From: Stomatohabitans albus
GTDB taxonomy: Bacteria; Actinomycetota; Nitriliruptoria; Euzebyales; Euzebyaceae
NCBI RefSeq assembly: GCF_036336025.1
Contig: NZ_JAYKKE010000002.1
Span: forward strand, 239,364 to 303,363
Direction of reading: 5' to 3'
DNA: 64,000 nucleotides
Shown here one piece after another: positions 29,777 to 39,184 of the stretch (the first letter of the stretch is position 1; each line of letters begins with the position of its first letter). The notes under the pieces are model-generated. The model was not told the origin of the DNA, ran no database searches, and saw only the letters and a program-made list of their open reading frames with translations. The position numbers were made by a program, and so were the translations under genes.

Positions 29777-30337
29777 ATGCTCCCGATACCAGGGCTACTC
29801 AATCTGAGTTGTACTTGGCAATGCCAAGATGAAACCTCTGTCAAACATCACTGGAGTAGTGCAGTGTAATGATCTCATGTTCTCGAGCGTATAAGGCATA
29901 GGGTCAAGGACCGATCCAACCCGACGAGATGACGGAGCTTAATCAGGTGTCTCAATGGGCACTGCAATACCTTAACGCCCACTGGTGTCTTCTGTGATCT
30001 GAGATGCTGGTAGAGATGGATGGATAATTGTGAAAACATTCAACATCCTAAAAATCCACAGGTAGTTATTTCTTACTCACACACCGTTAAACCACGTCAA
30101 CTAAGGGTTTTTCCGCTGTCTCAACGGCAATATTGAGTAGAGTTGGGACCATAGCGCGCATTGCTTTTGTCCTAAGTGCGTGACTCGGCCTGTTTCCGGT
30201 ATGCCCGTTTATGCCTAGTGACGATCTTCTTCGGTTTTTATCAATGTGATTCCGTCTTCGCATGTATAGGCCATGTTGATGGTTATTTGCTTATACCAAC
30301 GCCTATGTCGCCAAGGAATAATGAATGAAAGGTACGA

Positions 30338-31219
30338 ATGTTCGAAGCTAGAAAATTGGCAGTGAAAGCAGACTCAACATGGGGATTAATAGGTATTCCT
30401 CTGCTGGTGCTTATATTTAGTACGGTTGTGTTACAAGCCGTGTTAGCTCCAGCTATTCAATTGGTACTTCCTATTTCTGAGTCTGATCCCGTAACATCGG
30501 GCTCTACGGTAATGATGATATTGAGTGTACTCATCTCATTTGTCGTCATGATGAAGGTAGGCAAGTTATCACGTGAAGATCTGGGATTAACATCTTCAGG
30601 CGTGTTTGGAGCCATCGCGAGAGGTCTTATTGGTGGCTTTATCGCGATTACGTTGACTACGTTGGCCATCAAATTACTGGGTGGCGTTACCATTGAGTAT
30701 GTATTCAAACCTGAGTACCTATCTACCTTACTTTTGGGTGTTGTATTTTTTGCGTTTCAAGGCACCTATGAGGAGTTAATTTATCGGTCTTATCTGATGC
30801 CGCATCTATCAAAAAAATTGGGTGATATAGGCGGTATCCTTCTCTCAAGTGTGTTATTTGTCCTGCTTCATGCCATGAATCCAGGTATAACCGTGGTACC
30901 TGTCATCAATCTCTTTTTAGCAAGTATCGTTTTCTCATTGATTTATTACCTAACAGGTAATCTGTGGCTTGTCGGCGTTGCTCATGGTATTTGGAATTAT
31001 GCGCAAGGATTCTTCTATGGTTCACTCGTGTCGGGGAATGCCTTGAGTGAGACTGTATTCAAATCACTTCCGGTTGAAGGAAAGGATTTAATTTCTGGTG
31101 GCTCGTTCGGATTCGAAGGTGGGATCATTACCTCGCTACTTGGGCTTATTGTGATAGGGCTGACGTTTGCTGCCATCAAAAAGCAACGCAATAAGGCACA
31201 ACCACTTGTAGCTGCGTAA
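30338..31219 (+). CDS. CPBP-family intramembrane glutamic endopeptidase (CAAX protease / Abi bacteriocin-immunity-like)
   Basis: All three CPBP motifs are present: EELIYRSYL (EExxxR), FVLLHAMNP (FxxxH), HGIWN (HxxxN). Polytopic membrane protein. AT-rich gene. Confidence 0.75.
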   Translation: MFEARKLAVKADSTWGLIGIPLLVLIFSTVVLQAVLAPAIQLVLPISESDPVTSGSTVMMILSVLISFVVMMKVGKLSREDLGLTSSGVFGAIARGLIGGFIAITLTTLAIKLLGGVTIEYVFKPEYLSTLLLGVVFFAFQGTYEELIYRSYLMPHLSKKLGDIGGILLSSVLFVLLHAMNPGITVVPVINLFLASIVFSLIYYLTGNLWLVGVAHGIWNYAQGFFYGSLVSGNALSETVFKSLPVEGKDLISGGSFGFEGGIITSLLGLIVIGLTFAAIKKQRNKAQPLVAA

Positions 31220-31243
31220 CCATTCTTATATCTGAAAGTATTT

Positions 31244-31296
31244 AAGGTGTTGGTCCAGAAGCAAACATATCCTTCTGAGCCAACACCTTATGTTTT
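31244..31296. terminator. putative hairpin terminator between convergent CPBP and flotillin genes
   Basis: 10-bp stem AAGGTGTTGG...CCAACACCTT with a long loop, followed by ATGTTTT. Confidence 0.3.
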
Positions 31297-31301
31297 AATG
31301 G

Positions 31302-32699
31302 CTAATGCTCACTATGCAGTTCATTGCCAAGGCTCTCGCCTATAGCCGAACCATGAACTTTACCTTGGATAATGCTGCCGAGATCGACACCAGTTGCGGC
31401 CTTTACTGTTGCAAAGCTGGATGCAAGGGCTGTCGCCCGCTCGGTATTCATATGATCAGCCAGCGCATCGTTAGTTCCGCCGATCAAGGTCACATTGCCA
31501 ACCTTTGCGTAGCCATCTGCAAAGGTCATCATCAACTCAGGTAGGGCTTCAAGAGCCCTAATTGCCAATAGTGCTTCTTGGTTTTCAGCTAAGGCTTCCG
31601 CTTCCTTTCGTAATGCTTCAGCACGGGCAATGCCTTCGGCTTCAATCGCATCAGCATTTGCACGAGCCCGAACACGAATCGCTTCGGCATCCTTCTCAGC
31701 TTCAATCCGGCGGGCTTCTGCCTGGCGTTCAATAACCGCGGCTTCAGCTTCAGCGGCTTTGATCTGTTCAAAGGCCTGTGCTTGGGCATCTTGTTCACGA
31801 CGGTACCGGTCTGCTTCGGCAGTACGTCGAACCTCAGCATCGAGTTGGGCTTGCCGGTTGGTGGCTTCTTGCTCTAAGACCTTTTGTTGGGCTTGGGTGC
31901 GAGCCAAGGCTTCAGCTTGTTCAGCTTCGGCTTGGGCCTTTCCGACCTCTGCTTCAGCATTTGCCCGATTTTGATCGAGCTGGGTTTGTTCAATCAGATT
32001 CTCTTCTGCTGTTGCAATCTGTCGCTGTGTAATGGCACGTTCAGCATTCGTTTGGGCAATCTCAGCTTCACGACGTTTAGCTTCAATCTGAGGAACTCCG
32101 AGACTGGAGATATACCCCACCTCGTCGGTAATACCTTTGATTTGGAAGGAATCAAGAATCAATCCTTGTTCTTCCAACTCGGCGGCAACATCCGTCGCGA
32201 TTTGATCGGCGAACTTCTTGCGATCTCGCATGAGGACTTCAACGCTCAGTGTTGCCACCACACCGCGTAACGCACCTTCAAGCTGTTCAGTAGTGAAATG
32301 CTCGATCGCTTTATCTTGACTCGCAAAGCGTTCAGCTGCTCGCCGGACCAGAGTGGGGGAGGAGCCAATTTTCACGATGGCAACTCCTTCCACCTGCAAG
32401 GTCACATTATCTTCTGACTGAGCCTCAGCCTGCAGACTGACCTGACGGGAACGTAGGGAGATCGTTTCGGCACGCTGGGTGATTGGGTTAACTAGGGCTC
32501 GCCCATTCACAATCACCGTTACCGATGACTGCGTATCCCCGTCCATTTGTTTGCGGCCGCTGATGACTAACGCCTCATCGGCTCTGGCCACACGAATCCA
32601 TCGACGAATCATGACGAGTACGATGATGCCAACCACCAATATGAGCAAGATCGCAACCGCAATAATGAGGATAGTCGTACCAGCTACAAATGTGCCCAT
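31302..32699 (-). CDS. flotillin-like SPFH/band-7 protein with long Ala/Glu/Gln-rich coiled coil
   Basis: N-terminal TM segment, an SPFH domain, then about 200 aa of EA/AQ heptad-like repeats encoded by repetitive GCTTCGGC-type DNA. Confidence 0.75.
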   Translation of the reverse strand: MGTFVAGTTILIIAVAILLILVVGIIVLVMIRRWIRVARADEALVISGRKQMDGDTQSSVTVIVNGRALVNPITQRAETISLRSRQVSLQAEAQSEDNVTLQVEGVAIVKIGSSPTLVRRAAERFASQDKAIEHFTTEQLEGALRGVVATLSVEVLMRDRKKFADQIATDVAAELEEQGLILDSFQIKGITDEVGYISSLGVPQIEAKRREAEIAQTNAERAITQRQIATAEENLIEQTQLDQNRANAEAEVGKAQAEAEQAEALARTQAQQKVLEQEATNRQAQLDAEVRRTAEADRYRREQDAQAQAFEQIKAAEAEAAVIERQAEARRIEAEKDAEAIRVRARANADAIEAEGIARAEALRKEAEALAENQEALLAIRALEALPELMMTFADGYAKVGNVTLIGGTNDALADHMNTERATALASSFATVKAATGVDLGSIIQGKVHGSAIGESLGNELHSEH

Positions 32700-32822
32700 G
32701 ATGGCTCCTTGATCTCGGTATCTACGTTACGGGATATATCCACAGAAGAACTCTAGCGAGATTCAACTCCTCTATTGGTACCGGGTAGCTATCTGTCTGG
32801 CGAGTGAGACTGGACAGGTAGG

Positions 32823-33518
32823 ATGGCACGCTTGAAACACAAGGTTGGTAGTGCATTTATGAGTCAGTTTGTCTTGCGTATCGGTAAGTTAGTTATCGGT
32901 TTATTCATTGCGGCAATCGGCATCATATTGACTATACGGGCCGAGGTCGGCTATTCACCTTGGGATGTCTTGCACGTTGGCCTTGCAAATACTGTCGGGC
33001 TATCCCTTGGCACCGTTGCTGTAGTAGTGGGGGCATGTGTAGTGCTCCTTGCAACAATGCTTGGTGAAACCCTAGGTATTGGCACGCTATTAAATATGCT
33101 CCTTATTGGAGTGTTTATGGATGTGATTATCTGGTCTGGATTCATCCCTCAGGCATCTTCAGGCATCATGAGTGCCGGCATGCTAGCCATTGGTATGGTC
33201 ATCTTGGCGATTGGAATGTACTTCTATATTTCATCAGGGTTCGGGGCCGGCCCAAGAGACAGTTTGATGGTGGCGGTACACCGAAAAACCAATCTGCCTA
33301 TTGGGATATGTCGCGGAGGGATTGAATTGGTTGCCACGATCATCGGGTACGGTCTTGGCGGGCTCGTAGGGATTGGCACAATCATTACCGCTGTACTCAT
33401 AGGACCAATCGTTCAAGTAGTCTTTAGATTGGTGCATTTTGACCCTCGCGCAATTGTGCATGAACGCCTATCTGAGACGATTAAGCGGGTTAAACATCCT
33501 CGTCCTGTGAATACGTAA
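32823..33518 (+). CDS. polytopic membrane protein (YczE/YitT-like family)
   Basis: Six or more hydrophobic helices. No catalytic motifs. Start uncertain. Confidence 0.4.
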   Translation: MARLKHKVGSAFMSQFVLRIGKLVIGLFIAAIGIILTIRAEVGYSPWDVLHVGLANTVGLSLGTVAVVVGACVVLLATMLGETLGIGTLLNMLLIGVFMDVIIWSGFIPQASSGIMSAGMLAIGMVILAIGMYFYISSGFGAGPRDSLMVAVHRKTNLPIGICRGGIELVATIIGYGLGGLVGIGTIITAVLIGPIVQVVFRLVHFDPRAIVHERLSETIKRVKHPRPVNT

Positions 33519-33528
33519 GATCTTGAAG

Positions 33529-34323
33529 TTAGGGGGTCGTGGCTTCTCCTTGCCTGGGCTGCACCGTGGTGCGTGACTGTAAAGGGCCGGTGATGAGCTT
33601 TTCAAGCATCAATGCCACTGAAGTCAAGATGAGCGCATAGGCAAATACCTTTGGGGTTTCTAAGTTTATTTGGGCAAGTCGTATGGCCCCACCTAACCCC
33701 GATGCCGTCGTTAGGAGTTCAGCCATCACTGCTACGCGCAGTGATTGGCCCATAGCTACTGTGGCCGATGCAATAAACGGCGGTAATACCAAGGGGATCA
33801 GAATTGTCCGTACTCGGTCAAACCAACTGAGGCCAAATACTTGCCCCATTTCATTCAACGTGGGGTCAATATTGCGCACCGCACCTGCTGTTGTTTTCAC
33901 CATTAATGGGGTGGCCACTAACGTAACCACCATGATCACTGCTTGACTTGTTGATCCAAACCAGACAAGTGCAAGTACCACAAATACAACAGCTGGGGTT
34001 GCCAACAGTATTTGGATGGCTGGTTGACAAAATGCTTCCACACTTGGCCAACGTCCGATGGCGGTTCCCCAACAGGCACCAAGCACTAAGGCGATACAAA
34101 GCCCCATACCAGCGCGCAACGTTGTATCACCGAGTGCCAACCAAAAGTCTGGCTTAGTAAGTACGGTTAAGGCTGCCGTCGCGGCCGATAGGGGTGAGGG
34201 CAGGATGTACTCGTGCTGTCCAGCTGCAACCCCAGTCCATGCTAGGACCAAAGCGATGATCCCGGCAAGGGTAATGATGCTACGCCGGACTCGAGAATTA
34301 TTTGCCAGCGTAGAACGCATCAT
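33529..34323 (-). CDS. ABC transporter permease (NitT/TauT family, SsuC/TauC-like)
   Basis: Binding-protein-dependent permease fold with an EAA-like loop (...MAELLTTASGLGGAI...). The start overlaps the substrate-binding protein (SBP) gene end. Confidence 0.75.
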   Translation of the reverse strand: MMRSTLANNSRVRRSIITLAGIIALVLAWTGVAAGQHEYILPSPLSAATAALTVLTKPDFWLALGDTTLRAGMGLCIALVLGACWGTAIGRWPSVEAFCQPAIQILLATPAVVFVVLALVWFGSTSQAVIMVVTLVATPLMVKTTAGAVRNIDPTLNEMGQVFGLSWFDRVRTILIPLVLPPFIASATVAMGQSLRVAVMAELLTTASGLGGAIRLAQINLETPKVFAYALILTSVALMLEKLITGPLQSRTTVQPRQGEATTP

Positions 34324-35374
34324 CGGGGAGTTTGCCGCCATAAATATCGGGGCTGACTTCACCAAGTCGCATCAGGAAGTCTTCGTATTCAGCACGTGCT
34401 TCACTGGCGGGCACCATTTCAAGCTGTAGTCGTGGAATGACTGATGTAACGACGGGTTCGGGGAGATCGTAATGTTGTGCAATGGCCTTGATGGCTTCGG
34501 GGTCACCAACATTCGCTTTTTCCACACCGGCCTTCACTTCATCAATCACTGCTTGTACGGCTTCAGGATGTTCATCAACGATCTTGCCTGGCATGACCAG
34601 CCCAGCCATAGGGAACCGAGATGTCTTCCCCGTAACCTTGGCCCATTCATCTTGGAGGTCAAATACCCGTTTGGTATTGATGCCTTGTTCTTTTGCCTTG
34701 GATTCGGTAATGGTTACTGCATGCTCAGGCATCAAAACCCATTCCACTTCACCACTCAAAAAAAGTTGCATGGCTTGTTGCCCATCTTCTGTATTTACGG
34801 GGATGATGTCATCCTTAGATAACCCGTTCTGTTGGAGAAGGTAGGTGAATACAAGGTCTGGCATGTTATTTGGCGAGGTTATCGCTACTTTCTTACCTTT
34901 TAACGCATTCCAGTCGCCTGGTGTAGCATCCGCTGGCCCCAGTACATAGAGCATTCCCCATACCACTGGGCCGACCAAACGAATATCAACCCCTTTGTTG
35001 TATAGATTTGCCGCGACATAGGCCGGTGTTGCCGCGAGCTCTGCTTCACCATTGATGAGTGCCCCTTTGAGTTGCTCGACACTATCCCAGTTCGAAACGG
35101 TGTGTTTCTTGGTGATCTTGTCAACGAAGCCATTGTCCCCGTACGTTGCCATTGGAGCTCCAAAGGCCATCGTCTGGGGGACGATGGCATTCAGCTGTTG
35201 CACCGTCGATGCACTATTGTCCTCCGACGAGGCATCTTCGGATTGTGCAGTGGATGCCTCGGCTGTAGTCGTTGCGTTGGCATTCGACTCGGTTGCTGGG
35301 GTGGATGGTGTGGCACAACCCCCCAACCCAATGATCATGATGGCAGAAAGTGCCGCAATTAGCGTGCGTATCAT
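34298..35374 (-). CDS. ABC transporter substrate-binding lipoprotein (NitT/TauT family, SsuA-like)
   Basis: I chose the start at MIRTLIAAL... (ATG at 35374, preceded by AAGGAAAG). Lipobox LGGC. A low-complexity linker precedes the periplasmic binding domain. Confidence 0.65.
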   Translation of the reverse strand: MIRTLIAALSAIMIIGLGGCATPSTPATESNANATTTAEASTAQSEDASSEDNSASTVQQLNAIVPQTMAFGAPMATYGDNGFVDKITKKHTVSNWDSVEQLKGALINGEAELAATPAYVAANLYNKGVDIRLVGPVVWGMLYVLGPADATPGDWNALKGKKVAITSPNNMPDLVFTYLLQQNGLSKDDIIPVNTEDGQQAMQLFLSGEVEWVLMPEHAVTITESKAKEQGINTKRVFDLQDEWAKVTGKTSRFPMAGLVMPGKIVDEHPEAVQAVIDEVKAGVEKANVGDPEAIKAIAQHYDLPEPVVTSVIPRLQLEMVPASEARAEYEDFLMRLGEVSPDIYGGKLPDDAFYAGK

Positions 35375-35384
35375 AGCTTTCCTT

Positions 35385-36110
35385 TCAGTTAGGTTGTGAG
35401 TTACTCTTCGCTTGAGCGGGAGATAGCGACCAAGTGCCCGGTGGGCCATGAAGTGCAAGCCGATGTGTGGCGATATGTTCGAGTTCATCAGTGTCGTGGG
35501 ACACCCAAATGGTGGTGAGTTGTCGAGATTGAATAAGGGCATAGAGCCGATCGCGTAACTGGAGTGCCAGGGGCCGATCAAGGGCTGAAAAGGGCTCATC
35601 AACAAAGAGAACATCGGGCTCTGCAGCAAGGGCGCGAGCAATAGCAACACGTTGACACATCCCACCGGATAGCTGTGCCGGATACATGTCCATCACATCA
35701 TCAAGTTGCACACGTTCAAGCCATTCCTCTGCTCTGAACAACGCATCAGGTTGTTTAAGCGGCAACATGACATTGGCTCGAACCGTGCGCCAGGGGAGAA
35801 GGCGCGGCTCTTGAAATACCATGCCAAGCCGGTGAGATGGCAGCCGAATCATTCCGGCGTAGTCAGTTGTCAAGCCGGTGAGACATCGAAGTAGCGTCGT
35901 TTTGCCAGACCCTGAAGGCCCACTCACGCCTAGAACTTGTCCAGGTTTAAGCACAAATGAAAGATGATCGACAAGTCTTAGCCCACGGCGGTCAATTGAT
36001 AGCCCATTGACGTCCAGAACATGATGATGAGTGTTCTGTTTAAGTTGTGAGCGAACTCGGGTTGCCACCTGCTCAACTCGCGGGCTGCTTTGTGCATGCT
36101 TGTCGATCAT
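35385..36110 (-). CDS. ABC transporter ATP-binding protein (SsuB/TauB-like)
   Basis: Walker A GPSGSGKTT, LSGGMCQR signature, and Walker B LFVDEP. Confidence 0.8.
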   Translation of the reverse strand: MIDKHAQSSPRVEQVATRVRSQLKQNTHHHVLDVNGLSIDRRGLRLVDHLSFVLKPGQVLGVSGPSGSGKTTLLRCLTGLTTDYAGMIRLPSHRLGMVFQEPRLLPWRTVRANVMLPLKQPDALFRAEEWLERVQLDDVMDMYPAQLSGGMCQRVAIARALAAEPDVLFVDEPFSALDRPLALQLRDRLYALIQSRQLTTIWVSHDTDELEHIATHRLALHGPPGTWSLSPAQAKSNSQPN

Positions 36111-36195
36111 CCGATACTAATAATACAGAAATAAGGTTAGGTATGCCTAAGTTGATAAGCCCTTTTTATCACCATCATTCTGGGGGGTGGTGTTC

Positions 36196-36208
36196 CTGAA
36201 TGATTCAG
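36196..36208. promoter_or_regulatory. perfect inverted repeat CTGAAT-G-ATTCAG in the divergent tetR/ABC promoter region (candidate TetR operator)
   Basis: Direct reading. Lies 37 nt upstream of the tetR ATG, in an AT-rich intergenic region. Confidence 0.3.
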
Positions 36209-36244
36209 TTTGACTAAATGCATAGATATGGTCATACTGAATAT

Positions 36245-36841
36245 ATGCCAAGAGCTTTTTCTGAACATGAACGCAGCATGATAATGACTGCCCTTCGTGA
36301 AGCCGCCTTAGCCTCACTGCTAACCAAAGGTGTCCGTAAGACCACCATTGACGACCTTGTCCGCCAAGTGAATATCCCGAAAGGGACGTTCTACTTGTTC
36401 TATCCCAACAAAGAATACTTGCTGTTTGAAGCTCTGACTGATTACGGCATGCGTGTTCAAACCGAGTTGATGGATGAACTCCGGCTTGCTCACGAGCACC
36501 TGACACCGCAGTCACTGACTGACATCTTGCATCGCTTCTATCTCCGGGAATTGGGAACCGGACTTATTGCCCTGCTCACTGGTGGTGAGCTTGATGTCCT
36601 TATTCGTAAATTACCTGATGATCTGGTGGCAAGAGAAGTAACGCAAGATGAGCAAATGTTCGGCTTATGGCGCGAGGTATTTCCGTCAATAGCCCTTCCT
36701 CAAGTTCAAATCTTTTCGGCGGCCTTTCGCGCCATCTTCTTTGTGGGGGGGTACAAGCGTGAAATTGGGCCACACGCGGATGACGCATTACGAGCCTTAA
36801 TCTATGGCCTTGTTCTTCAACTGTGGAGTGAAGATGATTAA
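36245..36841 (+). CDS. TetR-family transcriptional regulator
   Basis: N-terminal HTH ...GVRKTTIDDLVRQVNIPKGTFYLFYPNKEYLL... Confidence 0.75.
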   Translation: MPRAFSEHERSMIMTALREAALASLLTKGVRKTTIDDLVRQVNIPKGTFYLFYPNKEYLLFEALTDYGMRVQTELMDELRLAHEHLTPQSLTDILHRFYLRELGTGLIALLTGGELDVLIRKLPDDLVAREVTQDEQMFGLWREVFPSIALPQVQIFSAAFRAIFFVGGYKREIGPHADDALRALIYGLVLQLWSEDD

Positions 36842-37682
36842 AATTAACCAATTGACATTTAGTTATACGAATGATCCTTTTATTAATGATCTTAATCTGA
36901 ATATCAAGCCAGGTGAGTGCTTTGGCTTCTTGGGGCCATCAGGTGCAGGAAAAAGCACGATTCAACATATCTTGATTGGATTACTTACCAACTATCAAGG
37001 ATCAGTAGAAGTTGATAATACTGAAATACGGACGCGTAAAAACACATTCTATGAACGTATTGGGGTGATGTTTGAATACCCAACGTTATACAATAAATAC
37101 AGTGCACGACACAACCTTGAGTTCTTTGGATCACTATACAACGGTCGAACCCGAGATATTGATACACTCCTCGATCGAGTCGGTCTTCTTAGCCATGCTG
37201 ATAAGAAGGTGGGTGCATTTTCCAAGGGTATGCGTACGCGCCTTTGCTTTGTAAAAGCGATTATGCATAACCCGGTAGTCCTTTTTCTCGATGAACCAAC
37301 AAGTGGCCTTGACCCGACCAATTCAAGCTTGTTGAAGTCCATGATCAAAGAAGAACAAGCGCTGGGTACAACGATTGTTATGACTACCCACAATATGGCT
37401 GATGCGACAGATCTCTGTGATCGAGTAGCGTTCATCGTTGATGGGGCCATTGCAGCTACCGATACTCCCACACAGTTCATGCGAGCTACTTACCCGCAAG
37501 AAGTCACTTATACAGCTATTGAAGAGGGTGTAGAAGTTTCACACACGATAGCACTCAGCACTCTGAGCAAGGATCCTATTTTCCTTGAACATATTCACCA
37601 GAACACCATTACAAGTATCCACTCATCAGAAATAACCCTCGGAGACGTCTTTATTCGTGTGACTGGAAAGCGTCTATCATGA
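36834..37682 (+). CDS. ABC transporter ATP-binding protein (drug-exporter type)
   Basis: Walker A GPSGAGKST, signature FSKGMRTRL, Walker B LFLDEPTSGLD. AT-rich. Start ATG at 36834, preceded by GGAGTGAAG. Confidence 0.8.
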   Translation: MIKINQLTFSYTNDPFINDLNLNIKPGECFGFLGPSGAGKSTIQHILIGLLTNYQGSVEVDNTEIRTRKNTFYERIGVMFEYPTLYNKYSARHNLEFFGSLYNGRTRDIDTLLDRVGLLSHADKKVGAFSKGMRTRLCFVKAIMHNPVVLFLDEPTSGLDPTNSSLLKSMIKEEQALGTTIVMTTHNMADATDLCDRVAFIVDGAIAATDTPTQFMRATYPQEVTYTAIEEGVEVSHTIALSTLSKDPIFLEHIHQNTITSIHSSEITLGDVFIRVTGKRLS

Positions 37683-38359
37683 GTATCCTTCGTCTTACTA
37701 GAGAGGCTCTCTCATTTCTTTATGCCTATGGAATCGTGGCTATATATATTGTTATTACAGGCTTCTACGTTGTGATATTACTTCTTCTCGATGAGGGAAT
37801 ACGCGCCCCAATTGCAACATTCATCATCTTTTCTGATCCAGCGGCCATGGGTATGGCATTTATGGGCGCAGTCATGCTTTTAGAAAAGAACCAACGCGTG
37901 AGTCTTACCCTAGTCACATCACCGCTTCCACTTTGGAAATACATCGTGGCTCAGGTGCTCACTTTTCTATTGATGGGTTCGGGTGTGGCTTTGGTTTTAC
38001 TACTTGTGACCCATGATCGTTCGGTAGTAATCACCATCTTTGGTGTTGCAATTACTTCTATTGGGTTTTCATTACTTGGCATGCTTATTGGTGCCTCAGC
38101 GACAACATTGAATGGGTATATTGTCCAAACAATAATCCCCGTATTAATACTTTCCATCCCAGCATTCCTCTATCTTTCAGGGCTAATCACACATCCGTGG
38201 TGGCTGCTCCATCCGGGGGTTTCAGCCATAGCACTTATCAGTGGCCGAATGGACTGGGTCACACTCGTTGTTGTAATTGGCTGGACGATTCCACTACTAC
38301 ATATCACCCATACTGCTGTTCGTCGTTCATTTACTCAATTAAATGAGGTTAAAGTATGA
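37679..38359 (+). CDS. ABC exporter small permease 1 (six TM)
   Basis: Hydrophobic, about 226 aa, translationally coupled to the ATPase gene. The architecture (ATPase followed by two roughly 230-aa permeases) resembles the M. tuberculosis Rv2686c-2688c fluoroquinolone exporter. Confidence 0.55.
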   Translation: MSILRLTREALSFLYAYGIVAIYIVITGFYVVILLLLDEGIRAPIATFIIFSDPAAMGMAFMGAVMLLEKNQRVSLTLVTSPLPLWKYIVAQVLTFLLMGSGVALVLLLVTHDRSVVITIFGVAITSIGFSLLGMLIGASATTLNGYIVQTIIPVLILSIPAFLYLSGLITHPWWLLHPGVSAIALISGRMDWVTLVVVIGWTIPLLHITHTAVRRSFTQLNEVKV

Positions 38360-39069
38360 ACCGCTATCACTATGTACTTAAAATCTATCTCTTAGAACAA
38401 ATAGATAATGTTATGTTCTGGGTTTGTATTATTGGTCCAATCTTTTTCGCATTATTAGAAGTATATGCGCTTCCTCATGCGATAAGAAGTTTGAATGAAA
38501 TATTTTCTTACCATATTGATGTATTTCATTATGCAGGTGCATTTGATAGTTTCATCGCTATCTTCACTGCGATGAATGTCGGGTATGCCGGTGTCCTTGT
38601 CATGCTTGATGAACGAGATACGGGTATCGCCCCGTACCTCTGCATCACACCATTAGGGATTCGTGGATATATTATCACGAGAATTGGAATCCCTGTCTTG
38701 TGTTCAATAGTATTTATTTTTATATTAATTGGATTATTCAATCTTTCAAATCCAGAACTTTTATCACTAGTTGTATATGCCCTCTGTGCTGGAGCATTTG
38801 GGATGAACGCAGCTTTGATTGTGTTTACATTTGCTAAGAACAGGATTGAAGGTATTGCCATGACTAAAATTGTAAATATCTTTATATTCGCCCTTCCAGC
38901 AGGTGTACTTCTTTCAGGCTATGTGTCATTGCCATTCCTATGGATCCCTACCTTCTGGATTGGACGCTATGCGATGTCACTCCAACTGAGTGATGCCGCC
39001 ATGTCGCTTCTATGCTCCTGTCTTTGGACAATGGTGTTATCAAGACGGCTGCATACATTCAATTCATAA
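38356..39069 (+). CDS. ABC exporter small permease 2 (six TM)
   Basis: Hydrophobic, about 237 aa, coupled to the preceding gene. Very AT-rich. Confidence 0.55.
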   Translation: MNRYHYVLKIYLLEQIDNVMFWVCIIGPIFFALLEVYALPHAIRSLNEIFSYHIDVFHYAGAFDSFIAIFTAMNVGYAGVLVMLDERDTGIAPYLCITPLGIRGYIITRIGIPVLCSIVFIFILIGLFNLSNPELLSLVVYALCAGAFGMNAALIVFTFAKNRIEGIAMTKIVNIFIFALPAGVLLSGYVSLPFLWIPTFWIGRYAMSLQLSDAAMSLLCSCLWTMVLSRRLHTFNS

Positions 39070-39126
39070 CGGTGAATGATCTGGTATCAGCTTCAAATAT
39101 TTTAGGATTTGCTGAATTATGTGTAA

Positions 39127-39153
39127 CGGCCTGCCCAGCAAGGGCAGGCCGTC
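39127..39153. terminator. strong GC hairpin terminator between convergent genes (no U-tract)
   Basis: ACGGCCTGCCC-AGCAA-GGGCAGGCCGT. Confidence 0.5.
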
Positions 39154-39184
39154 TGACAGAGGTAGATGCCAGATTTGAGATAGA

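Noticed and set aside
31589-32270. Multiple overlapping ORFs on both strands across the flotillin coiled-coil region
   Set aside because: They are artefacts of the repetitive GCTTCGGC/GCTTGGGC DNA that encodes the Ala/Glu-rich coiled coil. The flotillin frame carries the SPFH domain.
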